Source of the DNA: Pristiophorus japonicus
Taxonomy: Eukaryota
NCBI RefSeq assembly: GCF_044704955.1
Contig: NC_091984.1
Span: 144,646,001-144,710,000, forward strand
Length of the DNA: 64,000 nt
Direction of reading: 5' to 3'
Part shown: piece by piece, positions 27,346 to 37,689 of the stretch
Numbering within the stretch: position 1 is the first letter of the stretch
Layout of the letters: each line of letters starts with the position of its first letter
The notes under the pieces: generated by a model
What the model was told of the DNA's origin: nothing
What the model saw: the letters and a program-made list of their open reading frames with translations, nothing else
The model's database searches: none
Translations under genes and position numbers: made by a program

Positions 27346-27437
27346 AGTAGGTCAGTGAGGTCAGGGGCAGTAGGTCAGTGAGGTGAGAGGTAGTAGGTCA
27401 GTGAGGTCAGGGGCAGTAGGTCAGTGAGGTCAGGGTT
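27346..27437. repeat. 23-bp tandem repeat x4 (AGTAGGTCAGTGAGGTCAGGGGC)
   Basis: Read directly. Confidence 0.9.
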
Positions 27438-27539
27438 CATATTGGAGTGAGGCAGGGTACGGACACTGCATTTTGGAAAGTTGGGGTTTATGGAGAGCGG
27501 ATGAAGGAAGCCAGGAGGGGACAACGAAATAATCGAGTT

Positions 27540-27736
27540 TAGAGATGAGACTGCACACAGGGAGGTTAAAGTAATAGTGACCTCAGTCTTTATCAAGACA
27601 TTCCAGAGTGAGGAACAGGCCTTAGGGGCTGGCTTATACACAGTGCTCCCAAGGGATGCTGGGATCCCTTGGGACTTCAGGGGATGTGCTCCCTGGTGGC
27701 AGAACATGGGAGTGCATGCTTTACAGATACACAACA
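27540..27736 (-). mobile_element. LTR fragment related to the Gypsy LTR at 61409-61626
   Basis: Shared core CCCAAGGGATGCTGGGATCCCTTGG; ends in ACA. Confidence 0.6.
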
Positions 27737-28419
27737 GAGCCAAGCAGAGCCATGGGTTTCTTCCATCAAGGGGCTGATGTAGGGCGGAGATGGGCAACGT
27801 TGGAGATGGAAATAAGAGGATGTGGCGTTCGAAGCTCAGTCTTTGGAGAACCAATAGGAAGGAGCCATGTTTCCTGGTCTCTAGTGGAGGAGCGGCACCC
27901 TTCAGTGAGAAAACCAAGGCCTGTCTGAGGGCAGGTATTGTGACGGTCAGAGGTCCATTTTGTGGAAGGAGGAAAGGTCAGAGAGACCACAGACATTGTG
28001 CTCACCATGGACTCCGCCGCTGAGTGGGGTCAGCGGCCGGAAGGAGGCCCGAGCGTCGCCGGGGATGAGGGAGGCACGAGCGTCGCCGGGGAGGGGGCGG
28101 GGGGAGGGAGGGAGGCCCGAGCATCGCCGGCGGGGGAGGGAGGGAGGGAGGCCCGTTCGTTAGGGCGAGGAGTGAAAGTCGGGCCCAAACCTGTGGATGG
28201 GGTGGGTCGGAGGCTCACAGTCGTTGAGTTCGCCGGGATAGGTTGGAGCAGCTGAGTCGGCCAATGGGGAGTGTGCAGCGAGGGTCCAGCTGGAGGGACA
28301 TGGCAGCAGGCAGGTCGACCTGGAAGGTAGGCCGAGGATGGGCGATGGGTATTGGGACCTTGCGTACGGGATTTTAGGGATTTAGGGGTCGGTAAAATAC
28401 TTACACCGCAGTCAATCCA

Positions 28420-29290
28420 CCTACGGTCCAAGCACCCAAGGCCCCACCCCACTGCTGGCCAAGAACGAGGAGACACCCATCAAGGACACTGAGGCAGTCA
28501 GAACCTGCTGGAAGGAACACTTTGAAGATCTCCTTAATCGAGAATCTGCCTTAGATCTGAGTGTCCTCGACTCCATCCCGCAGCATGCTACCCATCACCT
28601 TCTCAGTAAAACCCCAGCCCTGCACGAGGTTGAAAAGGCCATCTGTCAGCTCAAGAACAATAAGGCATCGGGGACGGATGGAATCCCCGCTGAGGCATTA
28701 ATGTATGGCAGAGCGTCACTATTGACATGAATGCATGACCTCATCTCTCTCATCTGGAGGGAGGAGAGCATGCCGGGAGATCGCAGAGATGCAGTAATCG
28801 TGATCCATCTTTAAAAAAGGGGACAAGTTCGACTGCGGCAACAGCAGAGGAATCTCCCTGTTATCAGCCACTGGGAAAGTCATCGCTAGAATCCTCCTCA
28901 ACAGTCTTCTCCCTGTGGCTGAGGAGCTCCTGCCGGAGTCACAATGCGGATTCCGTCCACTACGGGGTACAACGGACATGATATTTACGGCGCGACAACT
29001 GCAAGAGAAAAGCAGGGAACAGCACCAACCCTTGTCCATGGCCGCCTTTGACCTTACAATGGCCTTTGACACTGTTAACCGCGAGAGTCTGTGGACCATC
29101 CTCCTCCATTTCGGCTGCCCCCAAAAGTTTGTCCCCATTCTCAGCCTGCACCACGACGACATGCAAACCATGGTCCTAACCAACGGATCCATCATAGACG
29201 CAATCCACATTCGGACCGGAGTCAAGCAGGGCTGCATTAACGCACAAACCCTATTCTCGATCTTCCTGACGACAATGCTCCACCTCACAC
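28420..29290 (+). mobile_element. RTE-clade LINE RT fragment
   Basis: LLPESQCGFRPLRGTTDMIFTARQLQEK..DLTMAFDTV..GVKQGC. Confidence 0.9.
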
Positions 29291-29291
29291 T

Positions 29292-29840
29292 ATTGGAGAA
29301 CCAGTAGGAAGGAGCCATGTTTCCTGGTCCCTATTGGAGGACCAATAGGAAAGAGCCATGTTTCTTGGTCCCTATTTGGGGATCAACAGGAAGGGGCCAT
29401 GTTTCCTGGTTCCTATTGGGGGACCAATAGGAAGGTATCATGTTTCACGTGACCTATTCGAGGACCAATAGGAAGGAGCCATGTTTCCTGGGCCCCATTG
29501 GAGGACCAATAGGAAAGAGCCATGTTTCTTGGTCCCTATTTGGGGATCAACAGGAAGGGGCCATGTTTCCTGGTTCCTATTGGGGGACCAATAGGAAGGT
29601 ATCATGTTTCACGTGACCTATTCGAGGACCAATAGGAAGGAGCCATGTTTCCTGGGCCCTATTCGAGGACCAATAGGAAGGAATCTTGGTTCCTGGTCCC
29701 TATTGGGGGACCAATAGGAGCGATCGATGTTTCCTGGTCCCTATTGGGGGATCAAAAGGAAGGAGCCATGTTTCCTGGCCCCGATTGGAGGACCTATTGG
29801 CAGGGGCTATGTTTTGTGGGCCCTATTGGAGAACCAGTGG
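29292..29840. repeat. 41-bp minisatellite (about 13 units) containing a duplicated 164-bp 4-mer
   Basis: Consensus CCAATAGGAAGGAGCCATGTTTCCTGGTCCCTATTGGAGGA; blocks starting at 29341 and 29505 are near-identical. Confidence 0.92.
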
Positions 29841-30294
29841 GATGTGGAGTGTGCATCCTTCCTGTTGTAAATGTTGGATCGTCGGCACCTGATCCCAGCA
29901 AAAACTCCTGACCTGGAGCGGGGCCATGGAAGGGGAAAGGAGTTGCAGGTGTTCTGAACGGACAGGATGGGGCAGTGGGTCAGATACTGTCCTGTCGCTC
30001 CAGCTTACACTGATGGGGTGAGGATCTCCTCACACTGATGGGGTGAGGATCTCCTCCCTCTGCTGGGCCTTCATGAAATCAGCTTTCTGTCCAAACTGGT
30101 CTCCACTGAGAAAAGGCCCTTAATTGGGCAATAAACAGCCAGTGTACTGAGAGAGGCCAAGGGATGGCCACTGTGGGGAATGGGGCCTTACTCCAGGAGA
30201 ATGCATGCTCTGGGGTCAAGGGTTAACACCCATTGATGGGGCAGGGCACAGGGAGGTTTACTCTGCATTTCAGTGTGCTGCACCGGGGAGTCTC

Positions 30295-30465
30295 TGGGGA
30301 AGGGAGAGTGACACAGAGTGAAACGGGGAGAGAGAGGCTATGAATCAGAGACAGAGAGGTGTAGAGGAAAGCTGTGAGACATAGGGCAATGAAGGCTGAG
30401 AGAGAGAGAGAGAGAGAGTGGGAGAGGGAGTGGAACCGCGAAGGAGATGGAGGGAGAGAAGAAGA
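30295..30465. repeat. GA-rich polypurine tract upstream of the V promoter
   Basis: Low-complexity (GA)n. Confidence 0.8.
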
Positions 30466-30560
30466 GGAAGTGAAATGTGCTGACGTGGCTTTCTCTGTGT
30501 GAAGACATTTACATACTGAGGGATGGGCAGTGAGACTCTCACAGGCTGCAGGTTTATAAA
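30464..30560 (+). promoter_or_regulatory. V-kappa promoter: EICE, CRE-like TGACGT, variant octamer ATTTACAT, TATA
   Basis: GAGGAAGTGAAA at about 30464, TGACGTGG 30481, ATTTACAT 30507-30514, TTTATAAA 30553-30560, about 60 bp before the leader ATG. Confidence 0.65.
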
Positions 30561-30619
30561 GCAGAGCCCAGTGAAGGGCAGTTTATCAGTAAGCAGGCAC
30601 AGGGACAGGAGCAGACACC

Positions 30620-30668
30620 ATGATTTCACCCATCCAGCTGATCTGGCCTCTGGCATTCTGCATCGCAG
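30620..30668 (+). CDS. IGKV: Ig light chain leader exon (MISPIQLIWPLAFCIA-G)
   Basis: ACC-ATG, hydrophobic signal peptide, phase-1 GT donor at 30669; in frame with the V exon. Confidence 0.93.
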
Positions 30669-30843
30669 GTACCAATCTCTCTCCTTCCACGTTCAATATC
30701 TCCCTGCTGTCGATTTCTGTCCAACTCTACTGACCAGTGATTGAAGGGCAAATGCTGACACTAGAGGAGAGCTCAGTGTCTCGTTTTACAGCGTCTTTCT
30801 GTGACAGTGCTTACTTCACTTTCTTTCCCCATTTCCCCCTCAG

Positions 30844-31142
30844 GTATCAGTGGGGACATCATCATGACCCAGTCTCCCCCGGTGCTGTCAGTGAGTGAGG
30901 GACAGACTGCAACCATCACCTGTACCGCCAGTGCATCTGTTAGCAGTTATGTTCATTGGTACCAGCAGAAAGCCGGGCAGAAACCCACTCTGCTGATCTA
31001 TGCAGCAACAGCTCGTTTCACTGGAACCTCCAATCGCTTCACCGGCAGTCAAAAGTCTAACATGTTCACCCTGAGCATCAGCAACGTGCAGAGCGAGGAT
31101 GTCGCAGACTATTACTGTCAGCAAGGTCAAAGCTTCCCTCTA
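30844..31142 (+). CDS. IGKV: Ig kappa-type (shark type III/NS4-like) V segment, unrearranged
   Basis: Polypyrimidine-CAG acceptor; [46 protein letters not shown]; no stops. Confidence 0.96.
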
Positions 31143-31170
31143 CACTGTGATACACAGCCGTACAAAAACC
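31143..31170 (+). other. 12-bp-spacer recombination signal sequence of V
   Basis: CACTGTG - ATACACAGCCGT - ACAAAAACC; V-12/J-23 is the kappa configuration. Confidence 0.96.
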
Positions 31171-31176
31171 TCAATA

Positions 31177-31453
31177 TACACAGCCCCACCTCCTGTATTG
31201 ACTCACCCCACAGTTATATATAATATATAATAATGGACACACAGCCCCACCTCCTGTACTGACTCACCCCACAGTTATATATAATATATAATAATGGACA
31301 ATAATAATGGACACACAGCCCCACCTCCTGTACTGACTCACCCCACAGTTATATATAATATATAATAATGGACACACAGCCCCACCTCCTGTACTGACTC
31401 ACCCCAGTTATATATAATATATAATAATGGACACACAGCCCCACCTCCTGTAC
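31177..31453. repeat. Minisatellite of about 61 bp (4 units plus a partial) abutting the V RSS
   Basis: ACACAGCCCCACCTCCTGTACTGACTCACCCCACAGTTATATATAATATATAATAATGGAC repeated. Confidence 0.92.
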
Positions 31454-31659
31454 GGTTTTACACATGACTGACACACAGCTCGATGGGAGTGACGGCAGGA
31501 ACATTCAGCTGGAAGCTGCAGTGAATTGGGAAAGGATGGAGTGGGTCAGAGAGGAGTTGGGGCTGTGTCTTCATCACTGAGAATCTCACAGCTCCACTCT
31601 GTACATTCAGACAGCACGGAGACACTGGGTGGTCCCTGTGTCCTCAATCCAAATAATCT

Positions 31660-32205
31660 CACAAACCCCCCCACTATTGAGAGGGCCACAACTTATTAAA
31701 CCCAAAGCATAAACATGATAGGACAGTGAACAAGTGAAATGGTCGTGCTCTTTCCCTGCCCACCCCACACTCCAGGCCCTGCGGTGCCCACCCGTCGCAG
31801 AAGGCCTCAGGCCTACCCTGGGCTCCGTCCCCAGGTCCATCCGGGTGTGGACAACGCCCCCGAAGGGAGACAGGCAGGCAGTGCGGCCACCCCAAGGGCC
31901 CCGTCCAACTGCAATCTGTGGATGGTCACCTCCGACCTGCCCACTCCACCCGCAGCGGGTGACCAGACCCAGGAGCAGGCCCACGGGGAGGCCCTCCGAC
32001 CTGCCCACTCCCCCGGCACTGGGTGGCCAGGCCCAGGAGCAGGCCCACGGGGAGGCCCTCCGACCTGCCCACTCCCCCCGCACCGGGTGACCAGGCCCAG
32101 GAGCGTGGGACTGAAGTGGAGCCATAAATCGAGGAGCAGCCCCTTCAAATAGTGGAAGAGGGGCTGCATCCTCTCACACTCCACGTACACACGGGTCACG
32201 GACTG
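31660..32205 (-). mobile_element. Tx1/L1-clade 3' fragment with internal tandem duplications, between V and J
   Basis: ECERMQPLFHYLKGLLLDLWLHFSPTLL, similar to 38942-39430; GRSEGLPVGLLLGL motif repeated. Confidence 0.75.
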
Positions 32206-32479
32206 AGGAAACAGGTTTCTAAAGCCCCTGAAACTCGTTATTTTATAATGATCCCGAGGAAGGCCTGTGTCAGCAACACAAACATCTCGCTTGCAGACGG
32301 AGCCCGTTGTTCAAGGGGCACAAAGAGGTGAGCCCTGTGTGAGGGGGACTTTCATTCTCCAGCAATTCCGTGGCCCCAGGGTTACCATCTGATGGGGCGG
32401 GAAGGGCAGCTGGGAGATTTGTCCCAAACACGTCGGATCCCCAACTCTCCCGGGCACTGCCACAGGCAACTCGGACACA

Positions 32480-32795
32480 GGGAGAGGGAGGGAGAGAGAG
32501 AATGAGGGAGGGAGAGAGTGTGAGTGAAGGAGTGAGAGAAAGAGAGTGAGAGGGAAGGAAAGAGAGACTGAGGGAGAGAGAGAGAGAGAGGGAGTGAGTG
32601 AGAGAGAGAGGGAGTGAGTGAGGGGAAGATGCAGAGAGAGAGTGAAGGAGAAAGGTGAGAGAGAGAAAAAATGGAGAGTGAGAGAGAAACCGAGAGAGCA
32701 ACAGATAGAGTGAGACACTGAGAAAGAGACAGAGGGAAACACACACACACACACACACAGACAGACAGAGAGAGGGGGAGAGAGACTGAGTGAGC
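32480..32795. repeat. (GA)n/(CA)n low-complexity tract immediately 5' of the J RSS
   Basis: Read directly. Confidence 0.9.
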
Positions 32796-32805
32796 CAGGG
32801 ACGGA

Positions 32806-32844
32806 GGATATTGTACAGCCGCTGCACTGGAAGCTGTCACTGTG
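32806..32844 (-). other. 23-bp-spacer recombination signal sequence of J (degenerate nonamer)
   Basis: GGATATTGT - 23 nt - CACTGTG directly before J. Confidence 0.9.
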
Positions 32845-32879
32845 GCTCACGTTCGGTAAAGGAACCAAGCTCAGACTGA
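32845..32879 (+). CDS. IGKJ: Ig kappa-type J segment (LTFGKGTKLRL)
   Basis: FGXG motif; GTAAGT donor at 32880, phase 1, matching the C acceptor. Confidence 0.96.
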
Positions 32880-33964
32880 GTAAGTAAACCCCAATGCTCC
32901 GTTGTTAACACTTTAAATACTGAATCTTTCTTAGACACAAATGCTGAATATGCGAAGGTGTTTGTTTACATATGATTACGTTTGATCCTCCCATCTTTCC
33001 TCATCTAAATCTATCAGCATAACCCTCTATTCCCTTCTCCCTCATATCCCTGTCTAGCCTCCCCTTAAATACATCGATACTATTCACTTCAATCACTCCC
33101 TGTGGTAGCCAGTTCCACATTCTCACCAGTCGCTGGGTAAAGAATTTTCTCCTGAATTACCGATTGGATTTCTTGCTGACTATCTTATATTGATGGCCTC
33201 TAGTTCTGCTCTTCCCCACAAGTGGAAACACTCTCTCTGTATCCACTCTATCAAATCCTTTCCTAATGTAAAAGAACTCTATCAGGTCACCCCTCAGCCT
33301 CAAGAGAAAAGAGCCCCAGCCTGTTCATCCTTTCCTGATATGTATATCCTCGCATTTCTGGTCCCATCCTTGTAAACCTTCTCTGCACCCTCTCCTGTGC
33401 CTGTGTATGGGTTATATAATATGGTGGGGAGCTGCGGTGAATGAAAGGGTTAATTGAAGAGTGCTGTGTATGACAGGGAGCCCGGCTGTATTCCTTGACC
33501 CACACTCCCCCTTCACCCAGCAAAGTATAAGTAACAAACTGTTACCCACCGTGTGGAGGAGATCTGGACGTTGGCACACTGCGGTCCCATCCCTGCACCA
33601 TCCCCGGAAATCGGTCCCGAGCCTCCTGCCTGTCTCAGTGTGACAGACACGGTGTGTGAGACACGGGCAGAGTGTGGGTGTGAGTGAGTGAGCTCGCTGG
33701 GGGCAGTCTGTGCTCCTGTCACAGTCTCTGATATAACTGAGCTCAGCCTCAGCACACTGACACTCCCGAGGTCCCACCTCCCCCAGCTCCAACTCTGATC
33801 TGTCCAGCCCCCGCTCACCTCCTGTCCAACTTCTGATCACAAACAGGGGCAGCAGGGCTCGCAATCCGGCGGCTGCAGTGCTCCAGGGTTGTGGGGAGAC
33901 TCTCAGTTGCTGTTTCTGTGGCTCGAGTTCAGGCCGATATTTATCCCTCAACCTACATCACTTA

Positions 33965-35905
33965 AACATAGAAAATAGGAGCAGTAGTAGGCCATTCAGC
34001 CCTTCGAGTCTGCACCGACATTCAATATGATCATGTCTGATCCCCTGTCTCAACACCATATTCCCTCTTTTTCCCTATACCCTTTGATGCCTTTTGTAAG
34101 CCAAGGGGGAAGCCATTTAGGACCGAGATGAGGAGAAACTTCTTCACCCAGAGAGTGGTGAACCTGTGGAATTCTCTACCACAGAAAGTTGTTGAGGCCA
34201 ATTCACTAAATATATTAAAAAAGGCATTGGATGAAGTCCTTACTACTAGGGGGATCAAGGGGTATGGCAAGAAAGCAGGAATGGGGTACTGAAGTTGCAT
34301 GTTCAGCCATGAACTCATTGAATGGCGGTGCAGGCTAGAAGGGCCGAATGGCCTACTCCTGCACCTATTTTCTATGTTTCTATGTTTCTAGAAATCCATC
34401 TATCTGCCTCTTAAATATATTCAGTGATTTGGCCTCCACAGCCTTCTGTGGTGGAGAATTCCACAGGTTCTCCACCCTCTGAGTGAAAACATTTCTCCTC
34501 ATCTCGGTCCTAAATTTCCTGCCTCGTATCCTGAGATTGTGACCACTTATTCTAAACTTCCCAGCCCGGGAAAACATCCTCTCCAGATCCAGTCTATCCA
34601 ACCCAGTCAGAATTTTATATGTTTCAATGAGATCCCCTCATTCTTCTAAACTCGAGTGACTGCAGGCCCAGTCGACCCAATCTCTTTTTATACGACAGTC
34701 CTGCCATCCCAGGAATCAATCTGGTGAACCTTCGCTGCACTCCCTCTATGGCAAGGATATCCTTTCTTAGGTAAGGAGACCAAAGCTGCACATAATACTC
34801 CAGGTGCGGTCTCACCAAGGCCCTGTAGTAAGACCTCGTTGCTCAAATCCTCTTGCAATGAAGGCCAACGTACCATTTGCTTTTCTAACTGCTTGCTGCA
34901 CCTGTATGTTTGCTTTCACTGACTGGTGTACAAGAACACCCAGGTCCCTCTGTACATCGACACTTCACAAACCATCACCATTTAAATAATACTTTGTCCT
35001 TATGTTTTTCCTACCAAAGTGAGTAACTTCACATTTATCCACAATATATTACATCTGTCATGTGTTTGCTCACTCACTCAACCTATCTAAGTTTCATTGC
35101 ATCCTCCTCACAACTCATAATCCCATCTAATTTTGTGCTGTCAGCAAACTTGGAAATATTACATTTGGTTCCCTCAATCAAATCATTTATTTATACATTG
35201 TGAATATCTGGGGCCCAAGCACTGATCCCTGTGGTACCCCACTCGTCACTGCCCGCCACCCTGAAACACACCCATTTATTCCGACTGTTTCCTGTCAGTT
35301 AACCAATTTTCAATCCATGCCAATACATTACCCACAATCCTATGTGCTTTAATTTTGCACACTAACTTCTTATGTGGGATTTTTATCGAAAGCCTTCTGA
35401 AAATCCAAATACACAACATCCACTGGTTCTCCATTATCTATTCTATCAGTTAGATCCTCAAAAAACTCCAGTAGGTTCCTTTCATAAATCCACGTGACTG
35501 TCTTTAACCCCGTTGATGTTATCTAAGTGCGCCGTTATCACATCCTTTATAATAGACTCTAGCATTTTCCCTATTAATGACCGGTCTGTAGTTCCCCGTT
35601 CTTTCTCCCTCTTTTTTTAAATAGTGTGATTACATTTGCCACCCTCCAATCTGCAGGAACTGTTCCATAATCTGTAGAATTTTGGAAGATGACAATCAAT
35701 GTAACTACTATTTCCACGGCTACCTCTTTTAATACTCTGGGATGAAGATCATCAGACCCTGGGGATTTATCGGCCTTCAGGCCCATTAGTTTCTCCAGCA
35801 CTATTTTCTTACTAATAATCATTTCCTTTAATTCCTCTTGTTCACTGGACTCATGGTTCACGAGCATTTCTGGGAAGTTATTTGTATCCTCCTCCGTGAA
35901 GAGAT
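33965..35905 (-). mobile_element. CR1 LINE fragment in the J-C intron, with a small + strand CR1 3' end nested at about 34105-34390
   Basis: LVRPHLEY, KSPGSDDLHPRVLKE, 3' tails. Confidence 0.85.
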
Positions 35906-36619
35906 CATTTACCTCAGTGCTGTGTGTGGGAGCTTGCTGTGCACAAATTGGCTCCCGTGTTGGCCACATTACAACAGTGACTACACTTCAAAATGTACTT
36001 CATTGGCTGTGAAGCACTTTGGAACATCCTGAGGTGTGAAAGGTGCTATATAAATGCAGGTCTTTCTTTAATTTCTCTTTTCTTTTTGTTAACTGGGACT
36101 CGCACAATTCCCCTGCTGATTAAACTTGGACCCAGCAGAAAATCCCCAGATCACGGACTAACGTTCCATAAGAACATGGGAATTCGGAGCAGGAGGAGGC
36201 CATTTGGCCCCTCGAGCCTGCTCCACCATTCAATGAGATCATGCCTGTCTTCTACCTCAACTCCACTTTCCTGCACTGTCCCCATATCCATCGATCCCTT
36301 AATATCCAAAAATCTATCGATCTCCGGAATATACTCAAGGACTGAGCCTCCACAGCCCTCTGGGGTAGAGAATTCCAGAGATTCACCACCCTCTGAGTGA
36401 AGAGGTTTCTCCTCATCTCAGTCCTAAATGGCCGACCCCTTATTCTGAGACTGTGACCCCTGGTTCTAGACTTCCCAGCCAGAGGAAATATCCTCCCTGC
36501 ATCTACCCTGTCAAGCCCTGTCAGAATATTGTATGATTCAATGAGATCCCCTCTCATTCTTCGAAACACTAGAGAATATAAGCCTAATATACTCGATCTC
36601 TCCATAGGACAATCCCCCC

Positions 36620-37080
36620 ATCCCAGATGTCCGTCTGATGTGTCTGCGTGTTTGTCACACGTGACGGAGTAGATGTTCCACCAGCAACACAGGACGTTAC
36701 CTCAGTGCCCGGCCCACTTTCCCCATCCACTTACCACATTCTTACAGGTAAACGGGCTCAGCACCTGCCCTCGGCCGGTGAAATGTCTCCCCTCTACACC
36801 ACAGGCTGCCCGTCATCTGCTCCCAATCTCACTCCTGAAGGCACTACCTCTGGCTGGGGCTCAGCTCCTCTCCCCAAGTGGGCTCACTGTCCCAGTGTGA
36901 GCCCAGAGACTGAGCTCCCCAAATGGCCTCATTGTCCCAATGTGAGCCCAGAGACTGAGCTCCCCAAATGGCCTCATTGTCCCAATGTGAGCCCAGAGAC
37001 TGAGCTCCCCAAGTGGGCTCATTGTCCCAGTGTGAGTCCAGAGAGTGAGTGTGTCAGGCGAATCGACCGTGAGGTGTCAG
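36620..37080. promoter_or_regulatory. E-box-rich intronic block (candidate intronic enhancer) ending in a 45-bp x4 minisatellite
   Basis: CAGATG, CACGTG, CACCTG, CATCTG; duplicated at 48120-48500. Confidence 0.35.
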
Positions 37081-37689
37081 CCGTGGCTCAGTTGCTAGCA
37101 TGCTCGGTTCTGAGAAAAGGAAGATTTGCATTTATATAGCGCCTTTCACGACCACCAAAGTGCTTTACAGCTAATGAAGTACTTTTTGAAGTGTACTCAC
37201 TGTTGTAATGTGGGAAACTCAGCAGCCAATTTGTGCACAGCAAGCTCCCACAAACAGCAATGTGCTGATGACCAAATAACCTGTTTTTGTTATGTTGATT
37301 GTGGGATAAATATTGGCCAGGACACCGGAGTTTGATTTGAACCCACAATCTCTGACTCAGAAGCGAGGGTGGTTCCAACTGAGCCACTGGATGATACCAT
37401 TCGGCCCATCGTGTCCGTGCCAGCCGACAAAGATCTATCCAGCCTAATCCCACTTTCCAGCTCTGGGTCCGTAGCTCTGTAGGTTACGGCACTTCAAGTG
37501 CACATCCAAGTACTTCTTAAATGTGGTGAGGGTTTCTGCCTCTACCACCCTTTCAGGTAGTGAGTTCCAGACCCCCACCACCCTCTGGATGAAAAGGATT
37601 CTCCTCAACTACCCTCTAATCGTTCTATCAATTACTTTAAATCTGTGACACCTGGTTAGTGACCCGACTGCAGAGGGAAATAGGTCTTG

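Noticed and set aside
29292-29840. CRISPR-like array of palindromic repeats
   Set aside because: Units are contiguous with no unique spacers, there are no cas genes, and the context is vertebrate.
10536-30000. Germline-joined VJ or additional V/J segments for the left C
   Set aside because: No WYQQ/DYYC or FGXG-plus-RSS pattern seen in the ORF track or by eye on either strand; very decayed remnants cannot be excluded.
31205-31420. Cryptic RSSs from CACAGTT in each minisatellite unit
   Set aside because: No credible nonamer at 12 or 23 bp.
32270-32868. Long S/L-rich minus-strand ORFs
   Set aside because: Translation of (GA)n low-complexity DNA.
36648-37139. 163-aa ORF with LPKWPHCPNVSPETE repeats
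   Set aside because: Product of a 45-bp minisatellite; the paralog at 48.1-48.4 kb is frameshifted; no coding signature.
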